This document shows, in pieces, positions 1 through 9,576 of a stretch of DNA of 64,000 nt (position 1 is the stretch's first letter; each line of letters opens with the position of its first letter). Origin of the DNA: Bacteroidota bacterium (lineage in GTDB: Bacteria; Bacteroidota; Bacteroidia; 2-12-FULL-35-15); NCBI GenBank assembly GCA_947469885.1, contig CANIQT010000016.1, positions 19,213 through 83,212 on the forward strand. Reading direction: 5' to 3'. The notes beneath the pieces were generated by a model. The model made no database searches and was not told the origin of the DNA. It worked only from the letters and a program-made list of their open reading frames with translations. The position numbers were made by a program, and so were the translations under genes.

Positions 1-1
1 G

Positions 2-1432
2 AACCAAATTTATAAAAGCTATAACGATGAGTTGACAATGAAAATTAATGTGGACTCAATACCTAAAAATGTGTTGCCCGTTTTCGATGTCGATTTTTCT
101 AAATTCTTTTTTGTGGACACAACTGTTACCCAGGCAAAATCAACCGATAGTATATTGAAATTACAAATCGAAAATCTTAAACTGGCTCACAAACCATTAA
201 GTGACATAAGATTAAACACACAGTTGCGTTATAACTATTACGATTTGGTAAATAGTATATACAGCCGTAACTTTATGTCAGCAGGTATAGGGGTTTCGGT
301 ACCAATTCCATTGCGAATAAAAGCAAACAAAAATTTGGTGAATGCTCAGGCAAAACTTTTGGAGTTCGACAGAAAAGAAGATTCCAAAAATAAGCAAACA
401 GATTTACTGAATTCATTTTATGAGTTTAGATATAAACTCAAACAATACAGTAATTTTTATGAAAAAAGAAAAAAATATGAAGAGTTAATACGTATTGAAA
501 GGGTGAAAGAAAAATTCGGAGATATGGAATTTAATCCTTTAACAGCCCTTAACCTGCTCGATGAAATGCTTTCAACTGATATTGAAATGCTGGACATTCA
601 ACAACAAATGTATTTACAACTGCTAGATATTCATTCGAAAATACCAAGTGCTGATATTTCAAAAATCATAAAACCATACAAAATGGATACGCTTGCTATG
701 TCACCAGAAAAAATAAACAGAAGTATTTATATATGGTCAGACGCGCAGACAAAATATGAATCATCGTACATTGCAGAATATTTACGATTGAATAAAATTT
801 CTACTGCAATTTTATCATTGAAAAAAGATAATGACAATAAATCGGCAGGCAATGTACTTATCGGCAAATTAAATTCGAAAGGAATAAAAGTAGAATTATT
901 AATTGGTAACAATAATTTACTTACTGCTTCGAATCCTGAACAAATGCTTGAATCGAGCCTTGCTGGGTTGGATACAAAAACATTGACTGCGATCCATCTT
1001 GATGTAGAGCCACAAGCAATGAGTGATTGGAATACTAACAGGGAAGATTATTTGCAGAAATATTTAGCCCTTCTAAAAACAGCAAAACAATTCTGCACGC
1101 AAAATGGTTTACAGTTAAGTGTTTCTATTCCTGTATTCTTCCCAGAGGAAACATTAAAAGAAATTTATGCTCAAGCTGATAAGGTATATATAATGGCATA
1201 CGAGCATAAAGACTCAGATTATATTGTGAGGAAAGTAAAAGAAGAACTGGATGTTGACGCAAGCAAAACCATCATTGCTATTCGGGCAAAAGATTTTAAC
1301 GATAGGAATGAATGCGAAAATTTAATTACAGAATTAAATCAATTATTAACAACACACAGTTTTGCAATGCACGATTTCGAAACATTTGTAAAGTTGGATG
1401 AAATTAGCGTTAATAAAAATAATAAGAAATAA
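2..1432 (+). CDS. 5'-truncated ORF: TolC/outer-membrane-factor-like helical region fused to a TIM-barrel glycoside-hydrolase-like C-terminal domain
   Basis: The frame is open from nt 2, with no stop before the TTG at 32, so the true start lies left of the window. The N-part is heptad-rich and helical (LQIENLKLAH, LLDEMLSTDIEMLDIQQQMYLQLLDIH). The C-part has IHLDVEP ... VYIMAYE, which resembles the GH18-type DxDxE / MxYD pattern. It is the first gene of a tightly packed 4-gene + strand operon. Confidence 0.4.
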   Translation, partial: NQIYKSYNDELTMKINVDSIPKNVLPVFDVDFSKFFFVDTTVTQAKSTDSILKLQIENLKLAHKPLSDIRLNTQLRYNYYDLVNSIYSRNFMSAGIGVSVPIPLRIKANKNLVNAQAKLLEFDRKEDSKNKQTDLLNSFYEFRYKLKQYSNFYEKRKKYEELIRIERVKEKFGDMEFNPLTALNLLDEMLSTDIEMLDIQQQMYLQLLDIHSKIPSADISKIIKPYKMDTLAMSPEKINRSIYIWSDAQTKYESSYIAEYLRLNKISTAILSLKKDNDNKSAGNVLIGKLNSKGIKVELLIGNNNLLTASNPEQMLESSLAGLDTKTLTAIHLDVEPQAMSDWNTNREDYLQKYLALLKTAKQFCTQNGLQLSVSIPVFFPEETLKEIYAQADKVYIMAYEHKDSDYIVRKVKEELDVDASKTIIAIRAKDFNDRNECENLITELNQLLTTHSFAMHDFETFVKLDEISVNKNNKK

Positions 1433-1449
1433 ACCAAAACTAACATATC

Positions 1450-2577
1450 TTGAAAAGTATAGATTTTAAAAGAAAAGGCTCTGCAATAAGAGTTATGAAC
1501 GAAGATACCAAAAAAGTAAAATACAATTGGGACCGCGTAGTTTATATTGTATTTATTATTGGTGCTCTTGTATTTTTAAGTTATTATGCCGTTAACAAAC
1601 TGTTTTATATAAAAGCCGATGGACAGGTTTTATATGAGAACGTTATTATTCGTTTAACTGACGATTGTCGTATCTTGTCGTATCAAAAGAAAGAAGGAGA
1701 TACGGTAAAAGCAGGCGACTCTCTATTTGTTTACACCCTTGACAAAAACGATTTGAATGGAGGAAACGGTGGTGGTGGGATGAACGGCAAAATAAAAGGA
1801 ACAATTAACGATACTACCTATCAAACACAGTCGGATTGGAGAGAAAAAGAAAAATTTGCATTGCAACGAAAAATGGGAGATAATTCAATTGAAGTTACCC
1901 AGTTCAACTCATTAATAAAAAGTTTTGAATCAGAAATTGTAAGATTGCAAAACGAAGTGGTGTTAGATGTTTTGCCTAAGAGTAGATTGGAGTATGTTCA
2001 AAATGAATTGACAAGACTGAAAACAAATATTGAGAAGTTGAAAAGCGAAAATAGTCAATATGCAGGCTTGATTGCTAAACTAACCAAAGAACAAAATGAA
2101 GAGAAAGAAGCTGTAATTAAAAGTACAAGAAATGCAAGTTTAGCTGGTGTTGGAATTGGAGGAAACGGAGGAGATGGCGAAGACCAAGACAGTACAAAAG
2201 TATTCTTTTCACCTATCAGTGGAACAGTTACTAGAATTTATACGCAACAATTTGAAGTGGCTTTGAAATCAGATCAGATATTGGCTATTCACAAAAACAC
2301 TCCAATGTACATTAAAGGCTTTTTTGATCAAGAGGATATGAGTTACTTTAAAGAAGGTGATATGGTTAATATAGAATTCCCTGATGGAACAAAAAGTACA
2401 GGATTGATAAGAAGATTTTATTATGCTACCTATTCATTACCGGATGAATTTCAGAAACGTTATGAACCTACCACCAGAACTATATCAGCGGATATTTACC
2501 CAGTTGATGAATCGGAATATAAACACTGGAAATCTTTTTATAAGTTAGGCGCCAAAATTACGAAATACAAATATTAG
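1450..2577 (+). CDS. HlyD-family periplasmic adaptor / membrane-fusion-like protein
   Basis: It has an N-terminal TM helix (VVYIVFIIGALVFLSYYAV) and a biotinyl-lipoyl-like hairpin (KKEGDTVKAGDSLFVY). It also has a long coiled coil (EIVRLQNE...LTRLKTNIEKLKSEN), a C-terminal beta domain and two Gly-rich linkers. It uses a TTG start 17 nt after the upstream stop. Confidence 0.6.
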   Translation: MKSIDFKRKGSAIRVMNEDTKKVKYNWDRVVYIVFIIGALVFLSYYAVNKLFYIKADGQVLYENVIIRLTDDCRILSYQKKEGDTVKAGDSLFVYTLDKNDLNGGNGGGGMNGKIKGTINDTTYQTQSDWREKEKFALQRKMGDNSIEVTQFNSLIKSFESEIVRLQNEVVLDVLPKSRLEYVQNELTRLKTNIEKLKSENSQYAGLIAKLTKEQNEEKEAVIKSTRNASLAGVGIGGNGGDGEDQDSTKVFFSPISGTVTRIYTQQFEVALKSDQILAIHKNTPMYIKGFFDQEDMSYFKEGDMVNIEFPDGTKSTGLIRRFYYATYSLPDEFQKRYEPTTRTISADIYPVDESEYKHWKSFYKLGAKITKYKY

Positions 2578-2603
2578 AACATAATAACTTAAATACTGTA
2601 ATC

Positions 2604-4037
2604 ATGTCTTTAAAAATCGTTCCTCAAAACGTAGAAATAAGAAACAATAAAATTGAATTTGAAAATCTTTTGTTTTTTATTATTGATAGCAATAGCAATA
2701 CAAAAATTGAACCTTTAATAGGTTATGATGCGATTATTATTGACGCTAAAGATGCTGATTTTGCTCAGCTTGTGCTTCGGAAAATACGAGGTCACTATAA
2801 CCCTGAATTTTATTTAAAGCCTGTTTTTTTAATTAATTATAAAGAATCGAAAGACCCTATTCTACATACCATGAATGATGGTTTTATTCATTCATACGAT
2901 CAGCTAAAAGAAATTGCAGATATAGCAAAACAATTGTTTTTGAAAACTACTCAATTAGATTACCAACCGGTTGCCACTTTCGAAGCACAAATAATTAAAA
3001 AAGTTTTAAATTACATGTATACGCGTGATTTAAAAACGCTAAAACCAATTCCTGATTTAAATTCCGTTATAGGATATACCTACCCCGAAATATCAATAAA
3101 TTTTGATTCTACTGAAGAATCGCAAGTTCTTGAAATACTGGAATGGGGAGAAAAAGAAGGTTTAATTTGGCCTGATTTTTACGAACGTATTTATTTATGT
3201 AATCAATGTTCAGGAGGGTTTTTGAGTTATCGAGAAGTTTGTCCGCATTGCAATTCATCTAATTCGAGTGCTCAAGATTTAGTTCACCATTTTCCTTGTG
3301 CATACATTGGTCCCATATCTGATTTCAGAAATAATGTCGATAATTCACTCACGTGTCCGAAATGTAATAAAGCGCTTCGTCACATTGGTGTAGATTACGA
3401 TAAACCTTCCATAATTCATCACTGCAATAATTGCGATAAAAACTTTCAGGATTTTTTTGTTAGGGCTAAATGTATTTCTTGTACTCAGGATGTGGAGGTA
3501 CAATACTTGATTCCAAAATCAATTAACATTTATAAACTTACAAAACGTGGAAGAACTGCAGCAGCTAATGGATTCCTTTCGAGTGGAAAAGAGGTGGACG
3601 ATATATTTGGCACACTCAGCATGCCTGTTTTCAAAACAATGCTTCACTATGAAATAGAACGAATAAAAGAAAACACAGAACAAAAGTCAAGTATTGCCAT
3701 TATAAATATTGAAAATATCCTAGAGTTATATAAGAAAATTGGAAAAAAAGCAGAAAAAACTGTTCTGGAATCCGTAGTAAATCTTATAAGAGAAAATATC
3801 AAACCGACTGATTTTATGGCGTTTGAAAACTCTACAACTTTGTACATGTGTTTAATTAACAATGATTTTATTCAAACAGAATCGGATTTAACAAAACTAA
3901 AATCATTGATAGAAAAACTCATAAAAAATAATTTCAACGATTTTGAAGTAAAAATTAATTTCAAGGCAAGTTTACTTCAACCATTTAATAAATCAGAGTT
4001 CCAATTAGATGAACTGACAAAAGAGCTATTTGATTAA
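2604..4037 (+). CDS. Cys-rich (zinc-ribbon) regulatory protein with receiver-like N-terminus and degenerate GGDEF-like C-terminus
   Basis: Four CxxC pairs are present (CNQCSGG..CPHCNS; CPKCNK..CNNCDK; CISCTQ) around HHFPCAYIG and LRHIGVDYDKP. The N-part resembles a CheY-like fold (AIIIDAKDADFAQLVLRKIRG...PVFLIN). The C-part follows the GGDEF-domain layout (IAIINIENILELYKKIGKKAEKTVLESVVNLIRENIKPTDFMAFENSTTLYMCL), but FENST sits where GGDEF is expected. Confidence 0.4.
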   Translation: MSLKIVPQNVEIRNNKIEFENLLFFIIDSNSNTKIEPLIGYDAIIIDAKDADFAQLVLRKIRGHYNPEFYLKPVFLINYKESKDPILHTMNDGFIHSYDQLKEIADIAKQLFLKTTQLDYQPVATFEAQIIKKVLNYMYTRDLKTLKPIPDLNSVIGYTYPEISINFDSTEESQVLEILEWGEKEGLIWPDFYERIYLCNQCSGGFLSYREVCPHCNSSNSSAQDLVHHFPCAYIGPISDFRNNVDNSLTCPKCNKALRHIGVDYDKPSIIHHCNNCDKNFQDFFVRAKCISCTQDVEVQYLIPKSINIYKLTKRGRTAAANGFLSSGKEVDDIFGTLSMPVFKTMLHYEIERIKENTEQKSSIAIINIENILELYKKIGKKAEKTVLESVVNLIRENIKPTDFMAFENSTTLYMCLINNDFIQTESDLTKLKSLIEKLIKNNFNDFEVKINFKASLLQPFNKSEFQLDELTKELFD

Positions 4038-5344
4038 TGCGTTTTATTGACGAATTTATTAATTACATGTCTTCGGTGGATGCGGCAAAACTATTCCGAA
4101 TGTTTTGGTTCTTTTTCATATTTGAGTTTTTTCGATTTTTCCTTGTTGAAATTTCAACAATTATTTTCTGGAAGTTTGACAGTATTTTCAGAAAAAAAGG
4201 GATTGCGGACGCCCGACTCTCTCTCATAAAAAACCAACCCCTCGTTTCCATTATTGTTCCCGGCCGAAACGAAGGAAAACATATTTATAAACTTGTTAAT
4301 TCACTCAAAGAGCAAACCTATCAGAATTTCGAATTAATTGTCATTGATGATGGATCTGATGATGATACTGCAGCAATTTGTCGAAATTTAGAACATAGAG
4401 GAATGATTACTGCATTTTACAGGAATGATGTGAGAGGAGGTAAAGCTTCGGCTGCCAATTTAGGTTTACGATTTGCTAGGGGTGAATTTATTGTCCATTT
4501 TGATGCTGATTGCTCCTATGACCGTGATGCTATTGAAAATATACTTGTTCCTTTTTATTATAATCCCAAAATTGGTGCAATTGGTGGAAATATTCAAGTC
4601 CGAAACTATAAAGAAAGTTTATGCGCAACATTGCAGGCACTTGAGTATTACGATACAATTTCAATCGGACGTATTACAACAGGTGAATTGGGGATATATC
4701 GTGTAATATCAGGTGCGTTTGGTGCTTTCAGAAAAGAAGCTCTTGACAGACTAGGTGGTTGGGATATTGGGCCTGGATTGGATGGTGATATAACAGTTAA
4801 AATCCGTAAATTAGGGTATAAAATTCACTTTGAACCAACAGCAGTATGTCAGACAAATGTACCCATAACATTTAATCGCCTCATCAAACAGCGTCTTCGT
4901 TGGGACAAGTCCTTGATACGATTTCGTTTAAGGAAACATAGGGATGTTTTTTTTCCAAACGATTCGTTTAAATTTTCAAATTTTATTTCATTCATGGAAA
5001 ATGTAACATACAATTTAATACTAAATATAAAATGGTATTTCTATTTATTGGATATGGTGTTTAATTTCACTAGCCAATTAATTTTTATTATCCCAATGAA
5101 TATTGTGTTATATACTGTAAATAATTTTATGAAGTTTCTTGTGTTCTCTCCTTTTAGAGACAGGAAGAATGAAGGGATCACCTATTTCCTTATTTATATT
5201 CCCCTTATGGTTTTTTACTTCGGATATTTTTTACGGATTTTAAGAACTGTAGCTTATGTGCAGGAAGTATTCTTCAAAGCATCTTACAAAGATGAGTGGA
5301 ATCCTGCAAAATCATCCCGCCAAGCAAAAGCTTTAAAGTTGTAA
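4037..5344 (+). CDS. Processive family-2 glycosyltransferase (PgaC/NodC/cellulose-synthase-like polysaccharide synthase)
   Basis: Motifs seen are SIIVPGRNEG, VIDDGSDDDT, HFDADC and the QxxRW motif as QRLRWDKS. TM helices flank the catalytic domain on both sides. The start codon overlaps the upstream stop (TAATG). Confidence 0.8.
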   Translation: MRFIDEFINYMSSVDAAKLFRMFWFFFIFEFFRFFLVEISTIIFWKFDSIFRKKGIADARLSLIKNQPLVSIIVPGRNEGKHIYKLVNSLKEQTYQNFELIVIDDGSDDDTAAICRNLEHRGMITAFYRNDVRGGKASAANLGLRFARGEFIVHFDADCSYDRDAIENILVPFYYNPKIGAIGGNIQVRNYKESLCATLQALEYYDTISIGRITTGELGIYRVISGAFGAFRKEALDRLGGWDIGPGLDGDITVKIRKLGYKIHFEPTAVCQTNVPITFNRLIKQRLRWDKSLIRFRLRKHRDVFFPNDSFKFSNFISFMENVTYNLILNIKWYFYLLDMVFNFTSQLIFIIPMNIVLYTVNNFMKFLVFSPFRDRKNEGITYFLIYIPLMVFYFGYFLRILRTVAYVQEVFFKASYKDEWNPAKSSRQAKALKL

Positions 5345-6058
5345 TCATTTACCAATAATAAAAATAGTGGGTCGTTTATTAATATCTGGTAATTGTTTTT
5401 TCCACTCCTGAACGCTTTTCGTTTTTATAAACTCAGTTGGTAATGTTATATCGGATGCGACACAAATCATGCTATTAGTATCACAACTCGAAAGAATGTC
5501 CTCTATCAAATGTAAATTGCGGTAAGGTGTTTCAATAAAAATTTGCGTTTGATTTTTTTGTTTCACTAAACGTTCCAATTCTTTTATTTTAGAAACTCTT
5601 TCCGAACGCTCTTTAGGTAAATAACCATTAAATGTGAAATTTTGCCCATTCATTCCGCTTGCCATTAATGCAAGTAATATTGATGAAGGGCCAACCAAAG
5701 GAATTACCTGAATGTTATTTTTATGAGCTAGTTTAACTATAACTTCTCCTGGGTCAGCAATTGCAGGACAGCCAACTTCTGAAATTAATCCAATATTTTT
5801 TCCAATTGCAATCGAATCTAAATAATGCTTTACTTCATTTGCTAAAGTGTGTTGATTCAAAGGATGCAACACAATTTCGTTTAAAGATTTCTTTATCCCG
5901 ATTTTTTTTAGAAAATGTCTAGCTGATTTTTCATTTTCAACAATATACTCATCAATTAAATTAACCAAACTATTAATTTTAATAGGAATTACATCTGAGG
6001 TTTCCCCAGTATCTCCAAGAGTTGTTGGAATTAAATATAATTTTCCTTTTACACTCAT
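5345..6058 (-). CDS. RsmI-like tetrapyrrole-methylase-fold SAM-dependent methyltransferase
   Basis: LYLIPTTLGD, ISEVGCPAIADPG and VIPLVGPSSILLALMASG match the RsmI/YraL family layout. Confidence 0.7.
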   Translation of the reverse strand: MSVKGKLYLIPTTLGDTGETSDVIPIKINSLVNLIDEYIVENEKSARHFLKKIGIKKSLNEIVLHPLNQHTLANEVKHYLDSIAIGKNIGLISEVGCPAIADPGEVIVKLAHKNNIQVIPLVGPSSILLALMASGMNGQNFTFNGYLPKERSERVSKIKELERLVKQKNQTQIFIETPYRNLHLIEDILSSCDTNSMICVASDITLPTEFIKTKSVQEWKKQLPDINKRPTIFIIGK

Positions 6059-6064
6059 CCTTTT

Positions 6065-6532
6065 TTATTTTTTATTTCGTAATATTTGTGCAATAACTTC
6101 ACAAGCATTATTTAGAATTGTAAATACATCTTCGAAACCATCCTCTCCACCAAAATAAGGATCTGGAACCGAAATAAAAGCATTTGGATAAATGATTTCC
6201 AAAATCAATTGTACCTTTTGCTTTTCATTTTTATTTCTTGCCAGTGAAATCACATCAGAGAAATTTGATGAATCCATTACATAAATAACATCAAAATTAT
6301 CAAAATCATTTTCAGAAAATTGCCGTGCTTTTAATTTCGATAAATCAATATTGTGACCTTTAGCATTTTTAATTGTTCGGTGATCGGGATGTTCATCAAC
6401 ATGATAATTCGAAGTTCCAGCAGAATCAACCAAAATATTTAGATTCATTTTTTCCGCCTTATCTCTTAATATTCCTTCAGCAAGTGGAGAACGGCAAATA
6501 TTACCAAGACACACCATCAAAATTTTCGTCAT
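6065..6532 (-). CDS. Low-molecular-weight protein-tyrosine phosphatase
   Basis: It has the CX5R(S/T) P-loop near the N-terminus (VCLGNICRSPLAEG) and a DPYFGG Asp loop. Size is 155 aa. Confidence 0.85.
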   Translation of the reverse strand: MTKILMVCLGNICRSPLAEGILRDKAEKMNLNILVDSAGTSNYHVDEHPDHRTIKNAKGHNIDLSKLKARQFSENDFDNFDVIYVMDSSNFSDVISLARNKNEKQKVQLILEIIYPNAFISVPDPYFGGEDGFEDVFTILNNACEVIAQILRNKK

Positions 6533-6542
6533 TTTGTTTCAT

Positions 6543-6581
6543 TAAAACAAAAATAGGAATCAGATTTTCTGATTCCTATTT
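6543..6581 (-). terminator. Intrinsic terminator downstream of dnaA
   Basis: A 13-bp perfect stem (aaataggaatcag / ctgattcctattt) with a 5-nt loop is followed on the minus strand by a T-rich run (ttttgtttt). Confidence 0.6.
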
Positions 6582-6605
6582 AAGATTTTTCATTTATGTT
6601 GTTTT

Positions 6606-8039
6606 CTATTGAATAGTAATTTTTTTATTTAACTCATCAATATAATTTTTAAATCGTTTATCTGTATCCATTAAGTTATTTACCGTACGACAGGCGTGTA
6701 GCACTGTTGCATGATCTTTACCTCCACAATGCAAACCAATGGTTGCTAGTGAAGACTTAGTCATGCTTTTTGCAAAATACATTGCAATTTGACGAGCCTG
6801 AACAACTTCACGTTTACGTGTTTTTGATTTCAATAATTCTAATGGTAATTCAAAATAATCACACACCACCTTCTGAATATAATCAATCGACACTTCGCGA
6901 GCTGTATTCTTCACAAACTTATCTATCATTTGCTTTGCCAACTCAATATTTATCGCTTTTTTGTTCATTGAAGACTGAGCAAGCAATGAAATTAAAGCTC
7001 CTTCAAGTTCTCTAACATTTGTAGTAATACTATATGCAAGATATTCAACAACATCTTTTGGTAAATCAATTCCATCTGCATAAACTTTCTTCTCCAAAAT
7101 TGCAATACGGGTTTCCAAACTTGGTGTTTGTAAATCAGCCGCCAAGCCCCATTTGAAACGGGAAAGCAAACGCTGCTCAAAACCTTGCAATTCAACAGGT
7201 GCTTTATCAGCTGTAAGGATTAGTTGTTTTCCTGATTGGTGCAAATGGTTGAAAATATGAAAAAAAACATCCTGAGTCTTTTCTTTTCCAGCAAAATACT
7301 GAACATCATCAATAATTAATACATCAATCATCTGGTAAAAATGAACAAAATCATTTTGATTATTATTTCTTACAGAATCAATGTACTGTTGAGTAAACTT
7401 TTCGGACGAAACATAAAGTACAGTTTTTCCAGCATATTCATTTTTTATCTGAATTCCTATCGCGTGTGATAGATGGGTTTTACCCAAACCAACCCCTCCA
7501 TAAATCAATAAAGGGTTAAAAGAAGTGCCCCCTGGATTCTTTGAAACTGCAAACCCAGCAGAACGCGCTAATCGGTTACAATCTCCCTCCACTAAATTAT
7601 CAAATGTGTAATTCGAATTTAATTGAGATTCAACATTCACTTTTTTCAAACCAGGGATAATAAAAGGATTGCGAATACCATTCTGATTCATTTCTATCGG
7701 CATATTCACCGATGGGTTTTTTAATTCCTTTTTATTAGTAGTAGGTATTTTAACTGTATAAGGTTTGGAAGTATTATTATAGTTATTCTCCATAATAATA
7801 CTGTACTCTAATCTTCCTTCGGTACCCAACTCCTTTTTAATTGTTTTTTTGAGTAGCGTAATATAATGCTCTTCCAACCATTCATAAAAAAACTGACTAG
7901 GAACTTGAATTGTCAACACACTGCTACTTAGTTTTACTGGCTTTATTGGTTCAAACCAGGTTTTATAACTTTGTGTACTTACGTTGTCCTTTATTATGTC
8001 GAGACAATTCTGCCATACTTTTGTAAATGATTTCTCCAT
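6606..8039 (-). CDS. dnaA: Chromosomal replication initiator protein DnaA
   Basis: It has Walker A (GGVGLGKTHL), Walker B (LIIDDVQ), the sensor region and the C-terminal DnaA-box-binding domain (VQARQIAMYFAK...GGKDHATVLHACRTV). Confidence 0.95.
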   Translation of the reverse strand: MEKSFTKVWQNCLDIIKDNVSTQSYKTWFEPIKPVKLSSSVLTIQVPSQFFYEWLEEHYITLLKKTIKKELGTEGRLEYSIIMENNYNNTSKPYTVKIPTTNKKELKNPSVNMPIEMNQNGIRNPFIIPGLKKVNVESQLNSNYTFDNLVEGDCNRLARSAGFAVSKNPGGTSFNPLLIYGGVGLGKTHLSHAIGIQIKNEYAGKTVLYVSSEKFTQQYIDSVRNNNQNDFVHFYQMIDVLIIDDVQYFAGKEKTQDVFFHIFNHLHQSGKQLILTADKAPVELQGFEQRLLSRFKWGLAADLQTPSLETRIAILEKKVYADGIDLPKDVVEYLAYSITTNVRELEGALISLLAQSSMNKKAINIELAKQMIDKFVKNTAREVSIDYIQKVVCDYFELPLELLKSKTRKREVVQARQIAMYFAKSMTKSSLATIGLHCGGKDHATVLHACRTVNNLMDTDKRFKNYIDELNKKITIQ

Positions 8040-8491
8040 TCGGTGGTTAGTGTGTATAATATGTGTATTTTATTAATATCGTGTAAATGCTCTGTTTTAA
8101 GCTATTGCGCTGTAAATATATACAACTTTATTTATTTGGAGTTAATTATCTGAACTTTATTTTTAAAAAAAAATAAAATAAATATTGTCAGTTAAAAAAT
8201 TTGTTTTATGAACTTCAATAATTCAAATTTCAAATTAATAATAAGTGAAGATTAAAATCAAATTACCTGACACTCCTTTAAAAATGCTATTTTTACAAGT
8301 GTTTCGACACTATTAAAGATTTTTTAATAAATCTAAGTAAAAAAAATGTATTTTTATTTACGGGTACAATTATAAGTATTAAAATGAAATTTAAGAGAAT
8401 AAAAATCAAAAAAAATATTTTTATTTATTTGGTTTTAGAAAGAAATAAAATTGTACTTTATCAACATTTTAAAAACTAAAAATCGAAGAAA
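8040..8491. other. Candidate oriC / dnaA upstream spacer
   Basis: A 452-bp very AT-rich non-coding spacer next to dnaA with long A/T tracts. It holds only 8/9 matches to TTATCCACA (tgtgtataa at 8051-8059, ttatcaaca at 8458-8466) and no perfect box. Confidence 0.3.
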
Positions 8492-8896
8492 ATGTATATC
8501 TCGGAAACAACAGTGCGGGTGCGCTACGCAGAAACAGACAAGATGGGTTATGTGTATTATGGTAATTATATGCAGTATTATGAAGTAGGCAGAGTGGAAG
8601 CCCTACGCTCATTGGGAAGTAGCTATAAAGAAATGGAAGAGAATGGTGTGATGCTACCTGTATTTTCATGTAACATTAAATATCTAAAACCTGCTGTGTA
8701 TGATGATTTGCTAGTAATTAAAACAATCATCAAAGAAATGCCTACTGCAAAAATTTTATTCGATTATGAAATTTATAATCAGAAAAACGAATTATTGAAT
8801 ACTGCTAGCACTGCTTTAGTATTTATAAACATGGCTACTAACAAGCCTTGTGCAGCACCTGCATCTTTCATAGAAAAAATAAAAAAGTTTTTTTAG
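8492..8896 (+). CDS. YbgC/4-hydroxybenzoyl-CoA thioesterase-family acyl-CoA thioesterase (hotdog fold)
   Basis: N-terminal VRVRYAETDKMGYVYYGNY with the catalytic Asp context. Size is 134 aa. Confidence 0.8.
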   Translation: MYISETTVRVRYAETDKMGYVYYGNYMQYYEVGRVEALRSLGSSYKEMEENGVMLPVFSCNIKYLKPAVYDDLLVIKTIIKEMPTAKILFDYEIYNQKNELLNTASTALVFINMATNKPCAAPASFIEKIKKFF

Positions 8897-8910
8897 ATTA
8901 TATTCCCTGC

Positions 8911-9561
8911 TTAAACTATCACCCCGTCACGCATCACCAATTTTCTGTCTGCCATGTTGGCTAGCTCTTGGTTGTGGGTTACAATAACAAATGTCTGATT
9001 GTATTTTTCCCTTAAAGTAAAAAATAATTGATGTAAATCCTTCGCACTTGCCGAATCTAAATTACCTGAAGGTTCATCTGCTAATATCACAGAAGGGTTA
9101 TTAATTAAAGCTCTTGCCACTGCAACACGCTGTTGTTCCCCGCCAGATAATTCAGTTGGTTTATGATTAATTCGATCTATCAATCCTAAGTAGTTCAACA
9201 ATTCTTTTGCCTTATTTTCTGCTTCTGACTTTGAAACTCCTGCAATAAAAGCTGGGAAACAAACATTTTCCAAGGCAGTAAATTCAGGAAGTAAGTGATG
9301 GAACTGAAAAACAAATCCAATATTCTTATTTCTGAATACCGATAATTTTCTGTCACTTAAGCCAAAAATCTTAATTGAATTAATTTCTACTGTTCCTCCG
9401 TCAGGTTTATCGAGTGTTCCAATAATATGAAGCAAAGTTGTTTTTCCCGCACCCGATGCGCCAACAATCGAAATAATTTCTCCTTTATTAATGGTAAGCG
9501 AAACTCCCTTCAGCACTTTTAAAGCACCATAAGATTTATATATATTATTTACATTTATCAT
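8911..9561 (-). CDS. lolD: LolD-like ABC transporter ATP-binding protein
   Basis: It has Walker A ([11 protein letters not shown]), [16 protein letters not shown], the signature [15 protein letters not shown] and Walker B ([11 protein letters not shown]). No permease gene is adjacent. Confidence 0.75.
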   Translation of the reverse strand: MINVNNIYKSYGALKVLKGVSLTINKGEIISIVGASGAGKTTLLHIIGTLDKPDGGTVEINSIKIFGLSDRKLSVFRNKNIGFVFQFHHLLPEFTALENVCFPAFIAGVSKSEAENKAKELLNYLGLIDRINHKPTELSGGEQQRVAVARALINNPSVILADEPSGNLDSASAKDLHQLFFTLREKYNQTFVIVTHNQELANMADRKLVMRDGVIV

Positions 9562-9576
9562 CCTTGATATTCAATT

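Noticed and set aside
5342-5347. Convergent GT2 and methyltransferase genes abut with zero spacer and no terminator
   Set aside because: It is noted as unusual, but tail-to-tail abutting stops are common in compact genomes. There is nothing further to test from sequence.
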